A DNA stretch of 64,000 nucleotides from a virus (Duplodnaviria; Caudoviricetes): IMG/VR virus record IMGVR_UViG_3300047469_000103, positions 236,332-300,331 of that record; one strand, given 5' to 3'. The notes beneath the pieces are model-generated. The model did no database searches. It saw only the letters and a program-made list of their open reading frames with translations, and had not been told where the DNA came from. Shown piece after piece: positions 28,578-37,450 of the stretch. Made by a program: the position numbers and the translations under genes. The stretch's first letter is position 1; each line of letters begins with the position of its first letter.

Positions 28578-29057
28578 TTAATCCCTCAAAGAATATGCGA
28601 ATTGAATTGTGCCGCCGTGTGGCGAACCGCTGATGATCCGGCCTACGCCAATCGCAAACAAATCCTGCGATGCGTTGATTATCGGCGTCCACGATTCAAT
28701 TTCCATCGGTGACAAAGTAATCTTGGATTGTGGCGGACAATCAAACGACAAATAAATGCAACGTGAAGCCATCACCACGCGCACCAGTTCTTCGTGACCT
28801 TCCCACGCTTTCATTTCTTTCACCCGCAAGAATTCTTGCAGGATGATATTGCGAATGGTGGCAGTGCCAATGCTCAAGGCACGATCCAAATCGAAATTCA
28901 ACCAGCCTTTCGAATTGTTAATGATTTCGCCAAGGGTGTGACCACGGAAAACCGCCAGTGACTCAGGTTCGTTTTTAACGGAAATGGAATTGGCAGTAAT
29001 AATCGGTGGCACATCGTCGTCGTGCAAATACAACCGCATTACTTGGAGTTCTTTCAT
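28578..29057 (-). CDS. hypothetical protein
   Basis: 159-aa ORF. Confidence 0.7.
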   Translation of the reverse strand: MKELQVMRLYLHDDDVPPIITANSISVKNEPESLAVFRGHTLGEIINNSKGWLNFDLDRALSIGTATIRNIILQEFLRVKEMKAWEGHEELVRVVMASRCIYLSFDCPPQSKITLSPMEIESWTPIINASQDLFAIGVGRIISGSPHGGTIQFAYSLRD

Positions 29058-30154
29058 CGCAACTTATATCCCTTGGCAATATTTCTTAGAGGTTCTGTCG
29101 GTTGCAGCACACGCGTAGAGCAAACCCATTCAAGCCGGGCCTGATCCTGCATAATCTTCCGTTCTTTATCGCGGATTTTCAGATAGAGATTTCGTTCGGG
29201 AATACAAACGATATCGCCTTCGTTTACTTCGGAAACTTCCGGGCCGAGAACGATTGGAATATCGCTCATGGTTTGCAGCCGGTCATAATCCAGCGTGGTC
29301 GTTTCACCACCGATGTTCGCGTTAATTCGCTGGATACCCAAATCGAATTCAAACAGCACATGCGTAAAGCGTGAGGCATGCACATAAAAATCAATTGTTG
29401 TACCGGCGTGCTGGCGTAGGTCTTCAATCGTTAATGCTTTGCCATCCTTGCGACACGGGCGATCACGCAGAATGAAAAGGTCTTCACGCACACTGTAGGT
29501 TGCCGAATTGAAATACTTCGGCACCAGCAATTTGAAACACACGTAAGCGTCTGCGATTTCTTTTACAAACGCATGCGGTGCGCTTGTGGAATCGACATGG
29601 AAACCGTCGATGTTTTCGATATCGTAATTGGTAAACAGACGACGCTGCAAACCGTAAGCCTGATAACCCGGCTGACGCAATGAGCGATAGCAAATTCCGC
29701 AATTGATACTGCCTTGCGAAACGCCATCTTGATAATCGTCTTCGTCGTCGGCAAATGTGGTGACGGCAACGAGTCCTTCATTGGAATCAGCACGACCGCC
29801 GCTGACCTGCACGACAACATCATCATTCATGATTTTCTGACTGAAATCAGAACCGAACAAATCGTCGTCTTGCATTTCAATATCAATCGTATCGGTCACA
29901 CGATCTTTATGCGGAATCACTGGCGCTTCAGTCGAACCGGGATGAATCGGCACGTTTGTTTTTGAACAGGTACAAGGCCGACCAACCAAACGTTCGACCT
30001 GATAAAGAATAATGCCCACCGCGTTAACGGCAAGGCTGTTGGAAACCTGATTGTTATACGCCGCAACTGTTTCATCCATTCGGGCTTGCGCCTGTTTGTG
30101 GATAATGTTTCTGGCGTGAACACGCTTGTTGTTTGACGGGCCACGTTTAATCAT
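29054..30154 (-). CDS. putative virion structural (head closure/neck-type) protein with CxC...CxxC
   Basis: RPCTCS...INCGICY; beta-rich C-half; function inferred. Confidence 0.45.
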   Translation of the reverse strand: MIKRGPSNNKRVHARNIIHKQAQARMDETVAAYNNQVSNSLAVNAVGIILYQVERLVGRPCTCSKTNVPIHPGSTEAPVIPHKDRVTDTIDIEMQDDDLFGSDFSQKIMNDDVVVQVSGGRADSNEGLVAVTTFADDEDDYQDGVSQGSINCGICYRSLRQPGYQAYGLQRRLFTNYDIENIDGFHVDSTSAPHAFVKEIADAYVCFKLLVPKYFNSATYSVREDLFILRDRPCRKDGKALTIEDLRQHAGTTIDFYVHASRFTHVLFEFDLGIQRINANIGGETTTLDYDRLQTMSDIPIVLGPEVSEVNEGDIVCIPERNLYLKIRDKERKIMQDQARLEWVCSTRVLQPTEPLRNIAKGYKLR

Positions 30155-30240
30155 TTTTGATACCTCCGTTCCCTATAAATTACGCCTGAAAAAGTGAGAT
30201 TGCGGATAGTAATTCAGTAGTATGCTCAAGGAGATTCAAG

Positions 30241-30888
30241 ATGGCCCGGCGTAAAAGCAAAAAGAAAGTGCAGGTAAGCAGCGCCCCGCAATTGGTATTC
30301 AAACGCAAGAAGCTGAAACGCAAGTATCCCAATTCGGTAATCGTTACCGGGCAAGATATGGGAACAAAGAACTACGCAGTAACGCAGATTGAAGCGTGGA
30401 TTAAAGACGGGCGTTTCCGTTTCCGTGTGTTGGGTTCGAAAATGATGGTGAACCTAATCCATGACGTGAAAGTTGCGCAAAACGAATGCGCTTTGTTCGT
30501 CGAAGAATACAAACGTTTACCTGAAGCAGATTACATTGCAGCGGAACGGTATCAATCCCGGCCCGGTGGCTCCACTGGTTCAACCGTCGAAGCTATCTCG
30601 ATGATGTTGGGCGCGATGATGCTAATTCATCCAGATACACCAATCGAATATTACACAGCGGCGACGTGGAAGAACGCTTTCAACGGAACGCAAGCTGATT
30701 TGAAATCAATGTACGAAGATTTGAAAGAATACAAAGCCTTCGGAATTGTGATTCACCAACTCGATTCGTTCTTCATTGCGCTTTATCACGCAGCGAAAAT
30801 GTTGGGTGTCAAACCATTCGATTTCATTGAAAGTTTCAAAGACGAAGAACGCCTTTTCAAAGTTCTTTGCGATGCACCGACCTTATAA
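30241..30888 (+). CDS. ruvC: RuvC-like Holliday junction resolvase (poxvirus A22/Ydc2 type)
   Basis: GQDMGTKNYA (Asp), IAAERYQ (Glu), HQLDSF (Asp) RNase H-fold catalytic motifs. Confidence 0.8.
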   Translation: MARRKSKKKVQVSSAPQLVFKRKKLKRKYPNSVIVTGQDMGTKNYAVTQIEAWIKDGRFRFRVLGSKMMVNLIHDVKVAQNECALFVEEYKRLPEADYIAAERYQSRPGGSTGSTVEAISMMLGAMMLIHPDTPIEYYTAATWKNAFNGTQADLKSMYEDLKEYKAFGIVIHQLDSFFIALYHAAKMLGVKPFDFIESFKDEERLFKVLCDAPTL

Positions 30889-30935
30889 ATAATGTAAATA
30901 AAGGGGGTATTTTACAGAAACCTCCGAGGTCATTT

Positions 30936-31352
30936 ATGCAATCTGATAAAGGGTTTACCGTTACAACCGATACCCCTCTCCGACGTAGCGATTTCGCAGT
31001 CGAAGGGGATTTCCTGCCGACGATTTTGAGCCGCGCCTTCTACGTTTCGTATGAAGTTGAACGCCGCTTTGAAGCTGATCGCCAGCGTCCGCACACCGTA
31101 ATCGTTTCGTTCATGGAAACTGCAAACAACATTGCAGATTTGAACGCCATTACATTCGGTCAAGTGTCGCCAGAAAATCTGATCCTGATTACCAAAACCA
31201 AATCTGGCCGCGTTGTTTCTAAACGGACTTTTTCCAGTCTGCGTTTGAAGACAGCCGGTGCCAGCTACGCAATGCACGGCGACCACGAGGTTCCGTTGCA
31301 ACGTTTTGTTTTTGACTGCTACATGTCAGACGCGGAATTTCCGAAGTCTTGA
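30936..31352 (+). CDS. hypothetical protein
   Basis: Start MQSDKG after GAGG RBS. Confidence 0.7.
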   Translation: MQSDKGFTVTTDTPLRRSDFAVEGDFLPTILSRAFYVSYEVERRFEADRQRPHTVIVSFMETANNIADLNAITFGQVSPENLILITKTKSGRVVSKRTFSSLRLKTAGASYAMHGDHEVPLQRFVFDCYMSDAEFPKS

Positions 31353-31849
31353 AAAGCAAGCAATGCCCCCTGCTGGATACCTATCGTTTCAAATCGCAAT
31401 GCCGTGTAGAAACCTGCAAATACTACACGGAAAAAACTGCGAACAAGTGCATGGCACTCGATACGGTATTTTCGTCCACGGACAAGGGCACGACTGACGC
31501 GGAGTTACGGCTACTGAAATTGCCGGAGCATTCGAAGCGAGAAGTTTTTGTAGTGCGAAAAGAAGCACTGGAAAACGTACAGGCCGTTATGGCTTTGTAC
31601 CGAGCGGTGAGAGTTTGCCGCGAAGAAAAAGACAGTGACGTTTTCCCTGAAGAAAACACAGTCACGCAAAAAGTTGTGTCGCATCCTCTGTTCAAAGATT
31701 CCGATATCGGGATGGAAGAGTGGATGTTGCCTTACCTGTTTGATCCGAAATTCATGTCGAAATTCGGCAACCCGAAAATTCACACCCTGTTCGATGTTTC
31801 CGATAAGGAAATGGAACAAGCCTACCCTAGCCTCGGAGAAAAGAAATGA
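31349..31849 (+). CDS. hypothetical protein with Cys-rich N-terminus
   Basis: QCP...CRVETC...NKC; overlapped with neighbours. Confidence 0.7.
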   Translation: MKSKQCPLLDTYRFKSQCRVETCKYYTEKTANKCMALDTVFSSTDKGTTDAELRLLKLPEHSKREVFVVRKEALENVQAVMALYRAVRVCREEKDSDVFPEENTVTQKVVSHPLFKDSDIGMEEWMLPYLFDPKFMSKFGNPKIHTLFDVSDKEMEQAYPSLGEKK

Positions 31850-32475
31850 CTGCTCAAAGTTCGAATAAAGCCCTGATGCGCAAACTGACCGTGCCTGAAG
31901 CCCTCAAGCGCGACGACCTGTGCCTTTACGTGATGAACATCGTAAAACCGGGCGGCAATATCAACCTGACTGCAAAAGGCGAAGACGGCCAAATGCAATC
32001 GGTTGTAATTCCGAAAACTTTTATCCCGGTTGACATGACTCTGTTCATCAACCGCGCAAACCTGCTGAATAACCAGATTTTCCGTCAACTGGTTGTCCGT
32101 GGCGACGTGGTAATTGTTCACCCGGACGATGCTGAAAAAGCAATCGAAGCCCACCCGAACGCGAAGAAAGAACAGAAGCGAATTCTGTCGTCGAATACCG
32201 ACTACGACGTGGCCGGTGGCGCTGCTGGTAACAGCGGTTATATCGAAATGAAAGACACCGGCGGTTCGCTGCAACAGCGCGTTGAATCCGATGCTTCCAA
32301 CATTTCGCCATTCGCTGCCGGTATCGTGAGCCGTGCCGCTTCCGAAGACGTGGCCGATTTGATGATGGATATCGAAGCCAACCGCGACACACTCAGCACC
32401 GACGATCTGGAATTCATCGCGACCAACGTTGAAGACGCTACCCTGAAGCAATTCATCGTAGATCAACTGGCGTAA
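31846..32475 (+). CDS. hypothetical protein (highly expressed codon bias)
   Basis: 209-aa ORF followed by terminator. Confidence 0.75.
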   Translation: MTAQSSNKALMRKLTVPEALKRDDLCLYVMNIVKPGGNINLTAKGEDGQMQSVVIPKTFIPVDMTLFINRANLLNNQIFRQLVVRGDVVIVHPDDAEKAIEAHPNAKKEQKRILSSNTDYDVAGGAAGNSGYIEMKDTGGSLQQRVESDASNISPFAAGIVSRAASEDVADLMMDIEANRDTLSTDDLEFIATNVEDATLKQFIVDQLA

Positions 32476-32489
32476 TGTTTTTCTGAAGC

Positions 32490-32531
32490 AAAAAAAAGGC
32501 CGCAATCCAATTAAGGAAAGCGGCCTTTTTT
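32490..32531. terminator. bidirectional terminator between convergent blocks
   Basis: AAAAAAAGGCCGC...GCGGCCTTTTTT. Confidence 0.85.
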
Positions 32532-32538
32532 GTGCCTG

Positions 32539-32826
32539 TCATTCAGCAGCAACGGGGATATTCATTTCAGATGCGAGAATTGCAATGGTTTCCTCGACAC
32601 CGTGAATTGTCAGTACCTCGTAAAGAATTGCCTTTTCATCGAATTCGTTTTTCAGCGTGCGCATCACATCCAACGCATCGACGGTTGTTGTCGGGTACGG
32701 ATGGCTGCGTGTCCAACGCGTGTACACTTTCTTCGGCACATTGAATTCTTTATGCAGTTTCACGTCCAGCGCCCAAATTTTATCAGTCGCCAAACACAGG
32801 TAGCGTTTAATTTCGTCACTAATCAT
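32539..32826 (-). CDS. hypothetical protein
   Basis: 95-aa ORF with ATGA coupling. Confidence 0.65.
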   Translation of the reverse strand: MISDEIKRYLCLATDKIWALDVKLHKEFNVPKKVYTRWTRSHPYPTTTVDALDVMRTLKNEFDEKAILYEVLTIHGVEETIAILASEMNIPVAAE

Positions 32827-33125
32827 GGTTTGAATTCCATCATGGCTGCGCAGATTGCGTGAGTACGTCCGACCAATCCACCGTTGCGTAACGACAGCAA
32901 TTGTTTCATTTTGTTTTCAATCGAAGTTTGAATCGCCAGCGCATACGACAGGCACTGCCCTTTTGTCACACCGCCATGCAGACCAGATGCACCACGCCCG
33001 TATGGATTATTGCCGATGCCGAATTCCGCATACAGCGCGTAATCAAATTCAGTTTCGCGTTCCATCAATTTCTGCACAGCACTGATGGTTTCCCAATCGG
33101 CTAACTCTCTTCCTTCTGCGCTCAT
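32823..33125 (-). CDS. hypothetical protein
   Basis: 100-aa ORF with ATGA coupling to primase. Confidence 0.65.
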   Translation of the reverse strand: MSAEGRELADWETISAVQKLMERETEFDYALYAEFGIGNNPYGRGASGLHGGVTKGQCLSYALAIQTSIENKMKQLLSLRNGGLVGRTHAICAAMMEFKP

Positions 33126-34207
33126 TTCTTCTTCACTCCGATACGTTTGGTTTTCTGTTCGATTTTCAGTTTAGGTTTCATTTTCTTTTCTGTCGCGATG
33201 ACTTTCTTTTTCTTCTTCGGTGCTACTGGCATTGCACCCGCGTAAACAATTTCCTTCACCTTGTCGATGATCTTCTGGCTCGCATCGTCCGGGTCAAGCT
33301 TAATCAGATTGCCCTCTTCATCGAATTTGCGTGGCAGTTTCAGTTCCTCGAAATCAATCATGTTTTCACAGAACGATTCGACCAGTCGCGCCATGCCAAT
33401 ACCTGCACTGTCGTTATCCGTCAGCGTGTAGATTTTCTTGATGCCTAATCCCATCAACAGCATGAGTTTCCGTTCGCCAAACATTTTGGAACCGAGGATA
33501 CCAATTGCCGGGATTTTATTCAGCACCAGACGCAGCCAGTCACGCGGGCCTTCACATAGCACCACGGAATCACAACCGAACAATTCATGCTTGCGCACAA
33601 AATCATAACCGAGCAATCCATAATTCTGTACCCAGTCGCCACCGGTGTTGAGATACGACGGGCCTTTTTCTGGTTTGTCCCACAACGCTTTCACACCGCC
33701 GCGATATCGACCGTTAATGTAGACCGGAAGCACCAACATTAATTCGTCACGTTTTCCCTCGTTGAACATGTAGCCATCAACGCGCTTAATCATGCTGCCG
33801 GGATAACCACGCCATTCCTTTTTCTCAGGCCACGGAAGCACTGCACCGCCGACCTCTTCGAATAGACGCTTAATGCTTTTACTGTTCGTGGATTCTGCTG
33901 CGCTTTTATTACGCAACACGCGGCCCATGTCACCCGCAGTTGTGCCTGTGAAATTCTGCCATTCTTTAATGATGCGCAGGCCCATCTTTTCCGCAAGCTT
34001 ATTCCACGGGCCTGCTTCGCCACAACCGTAACAGTTGAAAAAACCTAACGGGACTTTTGCTTCATACGAAATGTTGATACCGCACGATGGCGTCTTTTCG
34101 TCGTGGAACGGACAACAGATTGAAAAACTGGAATGTGTTTGTTTTGTATAGCCTTGAATTTTATCCAGTTCTTCATGGAGAATCGTAAACGCATCTTCCA
34201 TGCTCAT
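33122..34207 (-). CDS. dnaG: DNA primase (CHC2 zinc finger + TOPRIM)
   Basis: CPFHDEKTPS...CYGC zinc finger; VLCEGPRD and LTDNDSAG TOPRIM motifs; Lys-rich C-tail. Confidence 0.9.
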   Translation of the reverse strand: MSMEDAFTILHEELDKIQGYTKQTHSSFSICCPFHDEKTPSCGINISYEAKVPLGFFNCYGCGEAGPWNKLAEKMGLRIIKEWQNFTGTTAGDMGRVLRNKSAAESTNSKSIKRLFEEVGGAVLPWPEKKEWRGYPGSMIKRVDGYMFNEGKRDELMLVLPVYINGRYRGGVKALWDKPEKGPSYLNTGGDWVQNYGLLGYDFVRKHELFGCDSVVLCEGPRDWLRLVLNKIPAIGILGSKMFGERKLMLLMGLGIKKIYTLTDNDSAGIGMARLVESFCENMIDFEELKLPRKFDEEGNLIKLDPDDASQKIIDKVKEIVYAGAMPVAPKKKKKVIATEKKMKPKLKIEQKTKRIGVKKK

Positions 34208-34209
34208 AA

Positions 34210-34255
34210 ACTGTAAACCTGAAATATCAATTTAACAATGTACACCCTTTACAGT
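34210..34255. promoter_or_regulatory. divergent control region with two opposed ACTGTAAA motifs
   Basis: ACTGTAAA (+, 34210) pointing to the Cas4-like gene and TTTACAGT (34248) pointing to primase. Confidence 0.6.
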
Positions 34256-34269
34256 ATCACTCGCAGTAG

Positions 34270-35394
34270 GTGAAGCCCGTGTTTAAAGACATTGCTACCA
34301 AAATAAGGGCCGATAGAAGGTTCGCACATGTGGAATCCCACATTGGCAAAGTCTATGCACAGGTAATGGATTCTCAAATCTTTACGCCGAATGGACGCGG
34401 GCCAGAATATCGACCATCCTCATTTCCGATTTGCCCTGTACTCGTGCATATGCAATTCATTAAAGCCGCACGCGATGGCTATTATGAAAGCAACATGTTT
34501 GCAGGCGGTGGATATTTCACGACTGTCGGAACAGCAGCACACGAAAACATTCAGTATTATTTCGGCCAGACAAAGAAAACGTTTGGTGACTGGAAATGTC
34601 GCAACAACAAATGTCAACGGCACCACGACGCCCGCGATCTTTACGATGAAATGGGCAAGATTTACCGGCCCGGAATTCTCACAGCGAAAAACACGACAGA
34701 CAATTTGTGTCCGACGTGCAAGGTCGCGTGTGAGTATGTCGAGAAGTGCATTAATTACAACGGCCTGAAAGGACACATCGACTGCATTTATGAAATGCCG
34801 GACGGTTCCTATTGGGTCATGGACTACAAGACCAGTACGAAAGGGCAAATCAAAGGAAACAAATTGCCGAAGCGCGAACACTTGATGCAGGTTCCTACAT
34901 ACTGCTATGTGTTGGAAAAGAAATACGGAATGAAAATTTCTGGTTTCTCGCTGCTGTACTTGAGTCGCGACAACCCTTACGAATATCGGGAGTACGCCGA
35001 ACAGTGGGGGCCACGCCGTCGCAACGAAATCAAGGAACTGATTAAGTCGCAGAAGAAAATCTACCGGGCTGCTGTGAACTCGTTCATTCAGAACAAACCG
35101 GAAATCGCAATGAAATGCAAACCGTGCCAAGTGCCGGACGATTACGAACGCCTCATGCCTGCTTACGAAAAATGCCCGATGGAAAAGGTGTGTTTCAACA
35201 AGCGCGATCTTAAAGACAATATGCTGCACGCGTTGAAGCCAGCCGAGCTTATCAAAGTTCTAGACCTGACAAACAACATGCGGAATTATGTCGAAGACGA
35301 AGACATGCCGGTCGTGAAGAAAATTGCGAAGAAAAAGAAAACGCTCGATCCAATCAAGTCGGCCAAGAAGCCTAAGAGGATTGCCAAGAAATGA
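34270..35394 (+). CDS. Cas4-like PD-(D/E)xK exonuclease (stand-alone)
   Basis: CP...GTAAH, GHID, MDYKT, QxxxY and C-terminal CKPC...CP...C (Fe-S ligand pattern); extra Cys insert. Confidence 0.85.
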   Translation: MKPVFKDIATKIRADRRFAHVESHIGKVYAQVMDSQIFTPNGRGPEYRPSSFPICPVLVHMQFIKAARDGYYESNMFAGGGYFTTVGTAAHENIQYYFGQTKKTFGDWKCRNNKCQRHHDARDLYDEMGKIYRPGILTAKNTTDNLCPTCKVACEYVEKCINYNGLKGHIDCIYEMPDGSYWVMDYKTSTKGQIKGNKLPKREHLMQVPTYCYVLEKKYGMKISGFSLLYLSRDNPYEYREYAEQWGPRRRNEIKELIKSQKKIYRAAVNSFIQNKPEIAMKCKPCQVPDDYERLMPAYEKCPMEKVCFNKRDLKDNMLHALKPAELIKVLDLTNNMRNYVEDEDMPVVKKIAKKKKTLDPIKSAKKPKRIAKK

Positions 35395-36086
35395 GAATCA
35401 AATTAAACCTTAACGAAACCAGCACGGCAGGCAGTGTGTACAGCACGCCGAGCATGGAAAGTGCAGAGCAACAGGAACCGTCAGACGAAGAACTGGCGAT
35501 TCGCGATACCGAAGAAAAAGAACGCGAAGCACAAGAAGCAGAAAAAGCGCGTAAAGACGCTGCGAAAAAAGCAGCAGAAGACGCGAAGAAAGTTCCTAAA
35601 ACTCCAAAGGAGAGTGGCGAAGATGCTAGCGGCGATACGGGCGATGGCGATGATGACGATTCTGGAGGTGAAGACGACGCCTCCGACGATTCCGATGATT
35701 CTGCTGATGACGAAACTTCGGACGACGAAAGTGCAGACGATGAAGAAGATTTAGGCGACGAAGAAGAGGACGAAGGCGACGAAGAGGAGGAAGAGGAAGA
35801 CGAAGAAGCAACCGCTTCCGCACTTCCATATCCTGACGCGCAAAAAGCTGTTCCAGATTTGCCAATCCTTCCGCTTAAAGAAGTACCGGCTGATCCTGAA
35901 GCAGAAGAGGAAAATCTCAACGCCGACGATAACACCGCATCGAATTTGAAAAATACCCCGGACGATCCAAACGTAAAAGATGGGGATAACAAAATCGAAG
36001 CGACAATCGAAGCCGTTGCCTCTGCATATTCGGAACGCCAAGCAATTCGCTCAGCGCTGCCGTACCCGGACGCGTGGAAAGCGTGA
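35391..36086 (+). CDS. highly acidic low-complexity protein
   Basis: D/E-rich core; ATAS motif; internal repeat SALPYPDA x2. Confidence 0.8.
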   Translation: MRIKLNLNETSTAGSVYSTPSMESAEQQEPSDEELAIRDTEEKEREAQEAEKARKDAAKKAAEDAKKVPKTPKESGEDASGDTGDGDDDDSGGEDDASDDSDDSADDETSDDESADDEEDLGDEEEDEGDEEEEEEDEEATASALPYPDAQKAVPDLPILPLKEVPADPEAEEENLNADDNTASNLKNTPDDPNVKDGDNKIEATIEAVASAYSERQAIRSALPYPDAWKA

Positions 36087-36181
36087 TTCAAACAAACCGC
36101 ATTCAGAGCAATCTGTTTGCGGTTTTTTCGTATGGATTCAAATACTGTAAATATACGCAAACGACTAGGAGTATTCCCTTT

Positions 36182-36532
36182 ATGCTGACTGACGTAATCA
36201 ACGGAATCGACATTAACGGCGATAACAATACCCGTGCGAAGTTTGCGAACACGGTCGCCACATTCAAGGTAGACAAGCGCCTGTTTACCAAAGAATATAA
36301 ATTCGAACATCACAAAGTCGTATCGCTTCACGGCAAACGTTTTCTTGCCTGTGTAAAGCGTGGCGATTATGCAATGCTGGTCGAAGCCAACGCCGATGCA
36401 GAACAAATCATTGTCTGTGCGGAAATGGATTCGTCAATTTATTCCGATGCAATGGCCGAAGCGCTGGCGCAAATCAAAATGCACGTGTTCCTGACGCGCA
36501 AGCCGACGAAAAAAGAAGCGGTTGCTGTATGA
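36182..36532 (+). CDS. hypothetical protein
   Basis: Start moved to MLTDVING (AGGAG RBS, ACTGTAAA at 36144). Confidence 0.65.
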   Translation: MLTDVINGIDINGDNNTRAKFANTVATFKVDKRLFTKEYKFEHHKVVSLHGKRFLACVKRGDYAMLVEANADAEQIIVCAEMDSSIYSDAMAEALAQIKMHVFLTRKPTKKEAVAV

Positions 36533-36780
36533 GCGTCCCACCGGCTAAAGAGCTTCCTGATTTCTGTGGCTGCAATCGTGATTTTGTATTTCGTCATTTG
36601 TTTTACACGGAAAGCCACCAACCGAGCAGCGGGGAAGTGCGATGCTACACGTGCGGACGAATGAAGAAAATTGATTACGGTTTTCATTGGGAAGTTAGAG
36701 GCTACTGGAAACACGAAAGTTTCGGCAACGGAACGTGGCCTATTCCCGATGACGTGCTGGCAAAACTGGAGGCATCATGA
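36529..36780 (+). CDS. hypothetical protein with CxC...CxxC
   Basis: 83-aa ORF with ATGA coupling. Confidence 0.65.
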   Translation: MSVPPAKELPDFCGCNRDFVFRHLFYTESHQPSSGEVRCYTCGRMKKIDYGFHWEVRGYWKHESFGNGTWPIPDDVLAKLEAS

Positions 36781-37187
36781 GTTTCATGAAATCACCGGTT
36801 AAAAATCCCACCTATCGCAACCTGCTTATGTATCGCGGTGAAATTCTGGAAGTGCATACGTTCACGCTTGAGCCGCCTGATTCGAAAAAGAGTCGGTACA
36901 GTGCGTTAGTCAGCATGCAATGGTTTCAGGATCGCGAATTGGAATTGCGCTACGGCGATAAACCGAAAAAGATTCTGCCACCATTTTACGTGGGACTGTT
37001 TGAACACAAATATTTCTTCGACAAGATGGAAGACTCCCGACGCAAACGGTGGTACGAACGCGGCGAAGAACCGGAAGACCTGTGGGCCGAGTATCCGCAT
37101 TTCCACCATGAATCATTGTGGGATTTTTACACGGCAATCGGTTACGACTATAAAGCGAAACGCTGGATTCGTGAGGAACCCAAATGA
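36777..37187 (+). CDS. hypothetical protein
   Basis: 136-aa ORF with ATGA coupling. Confidence 0.7.
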   Translation: MSFMKSPVKNPTYRNLLMYRGEILEVHTFTLEPPDSKKSRYSALVSMQWFQDRELELRYGDKPKKILPPFYVGLFEHKYFFDKMEDSRRKRWYERGEEPEDLWAEYPHFHHESLWDFYTAIGYDYKAKRWIREEPK

Positions 37188-37447
37188 ATTTCGAAAAGCT
37201 TCAGGTTCACCCGGATAACGCCCCGGCCTATATGGTCATGGACGACGAAGGCCGAGCGGCTGCGCGTGCGGATTTCATTGCAACGCTGCGACCACAAGAA
37301 GCGAATATTCACGTCAGCGAATTCAGCGGTGCAGTCACCTATCCGGCGCTGGTGATTTACGAATACGTGGACGGCCCGACGTTCGTCAGTGAATACGTTT
37401 ATGCTTTTGCGGACATTCGAAAATCCGCACTCAAATTGAGAAAATAA
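37184..37447 (+). CDS. hypothetical protein
   Basis: 87-aa ORF with ATGA coupling. Confidence 0.65.
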   Translation: MNFEKLQVHPDNAPAYMVMDDEGRAAARADFIATLRPQEANIHVSEFSGAVTYPALVIYEYVDGPTFVSEYVYAFADIRKSALKLRK

Positions 37448-37450
37448 CCA

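Noticed and set aside
32539-33125. Possible paralogy of the two small ORFs downstream of primase (LDVKLHKEFNV vs FDYALYAEFGI)
   Set aside because: The similarity is limited to a short stretch and is not convincing without an alignment statistic.
36142-36159. TACTGTAAATATACGCAA resembles a LexA/SOS box
   Set aside because: ACTGTAAA copies match only the CTGT half-site. I found no complete CTGT-N8-ACAG palindrome, and the strict polarity argues against a dimeric repressor site.
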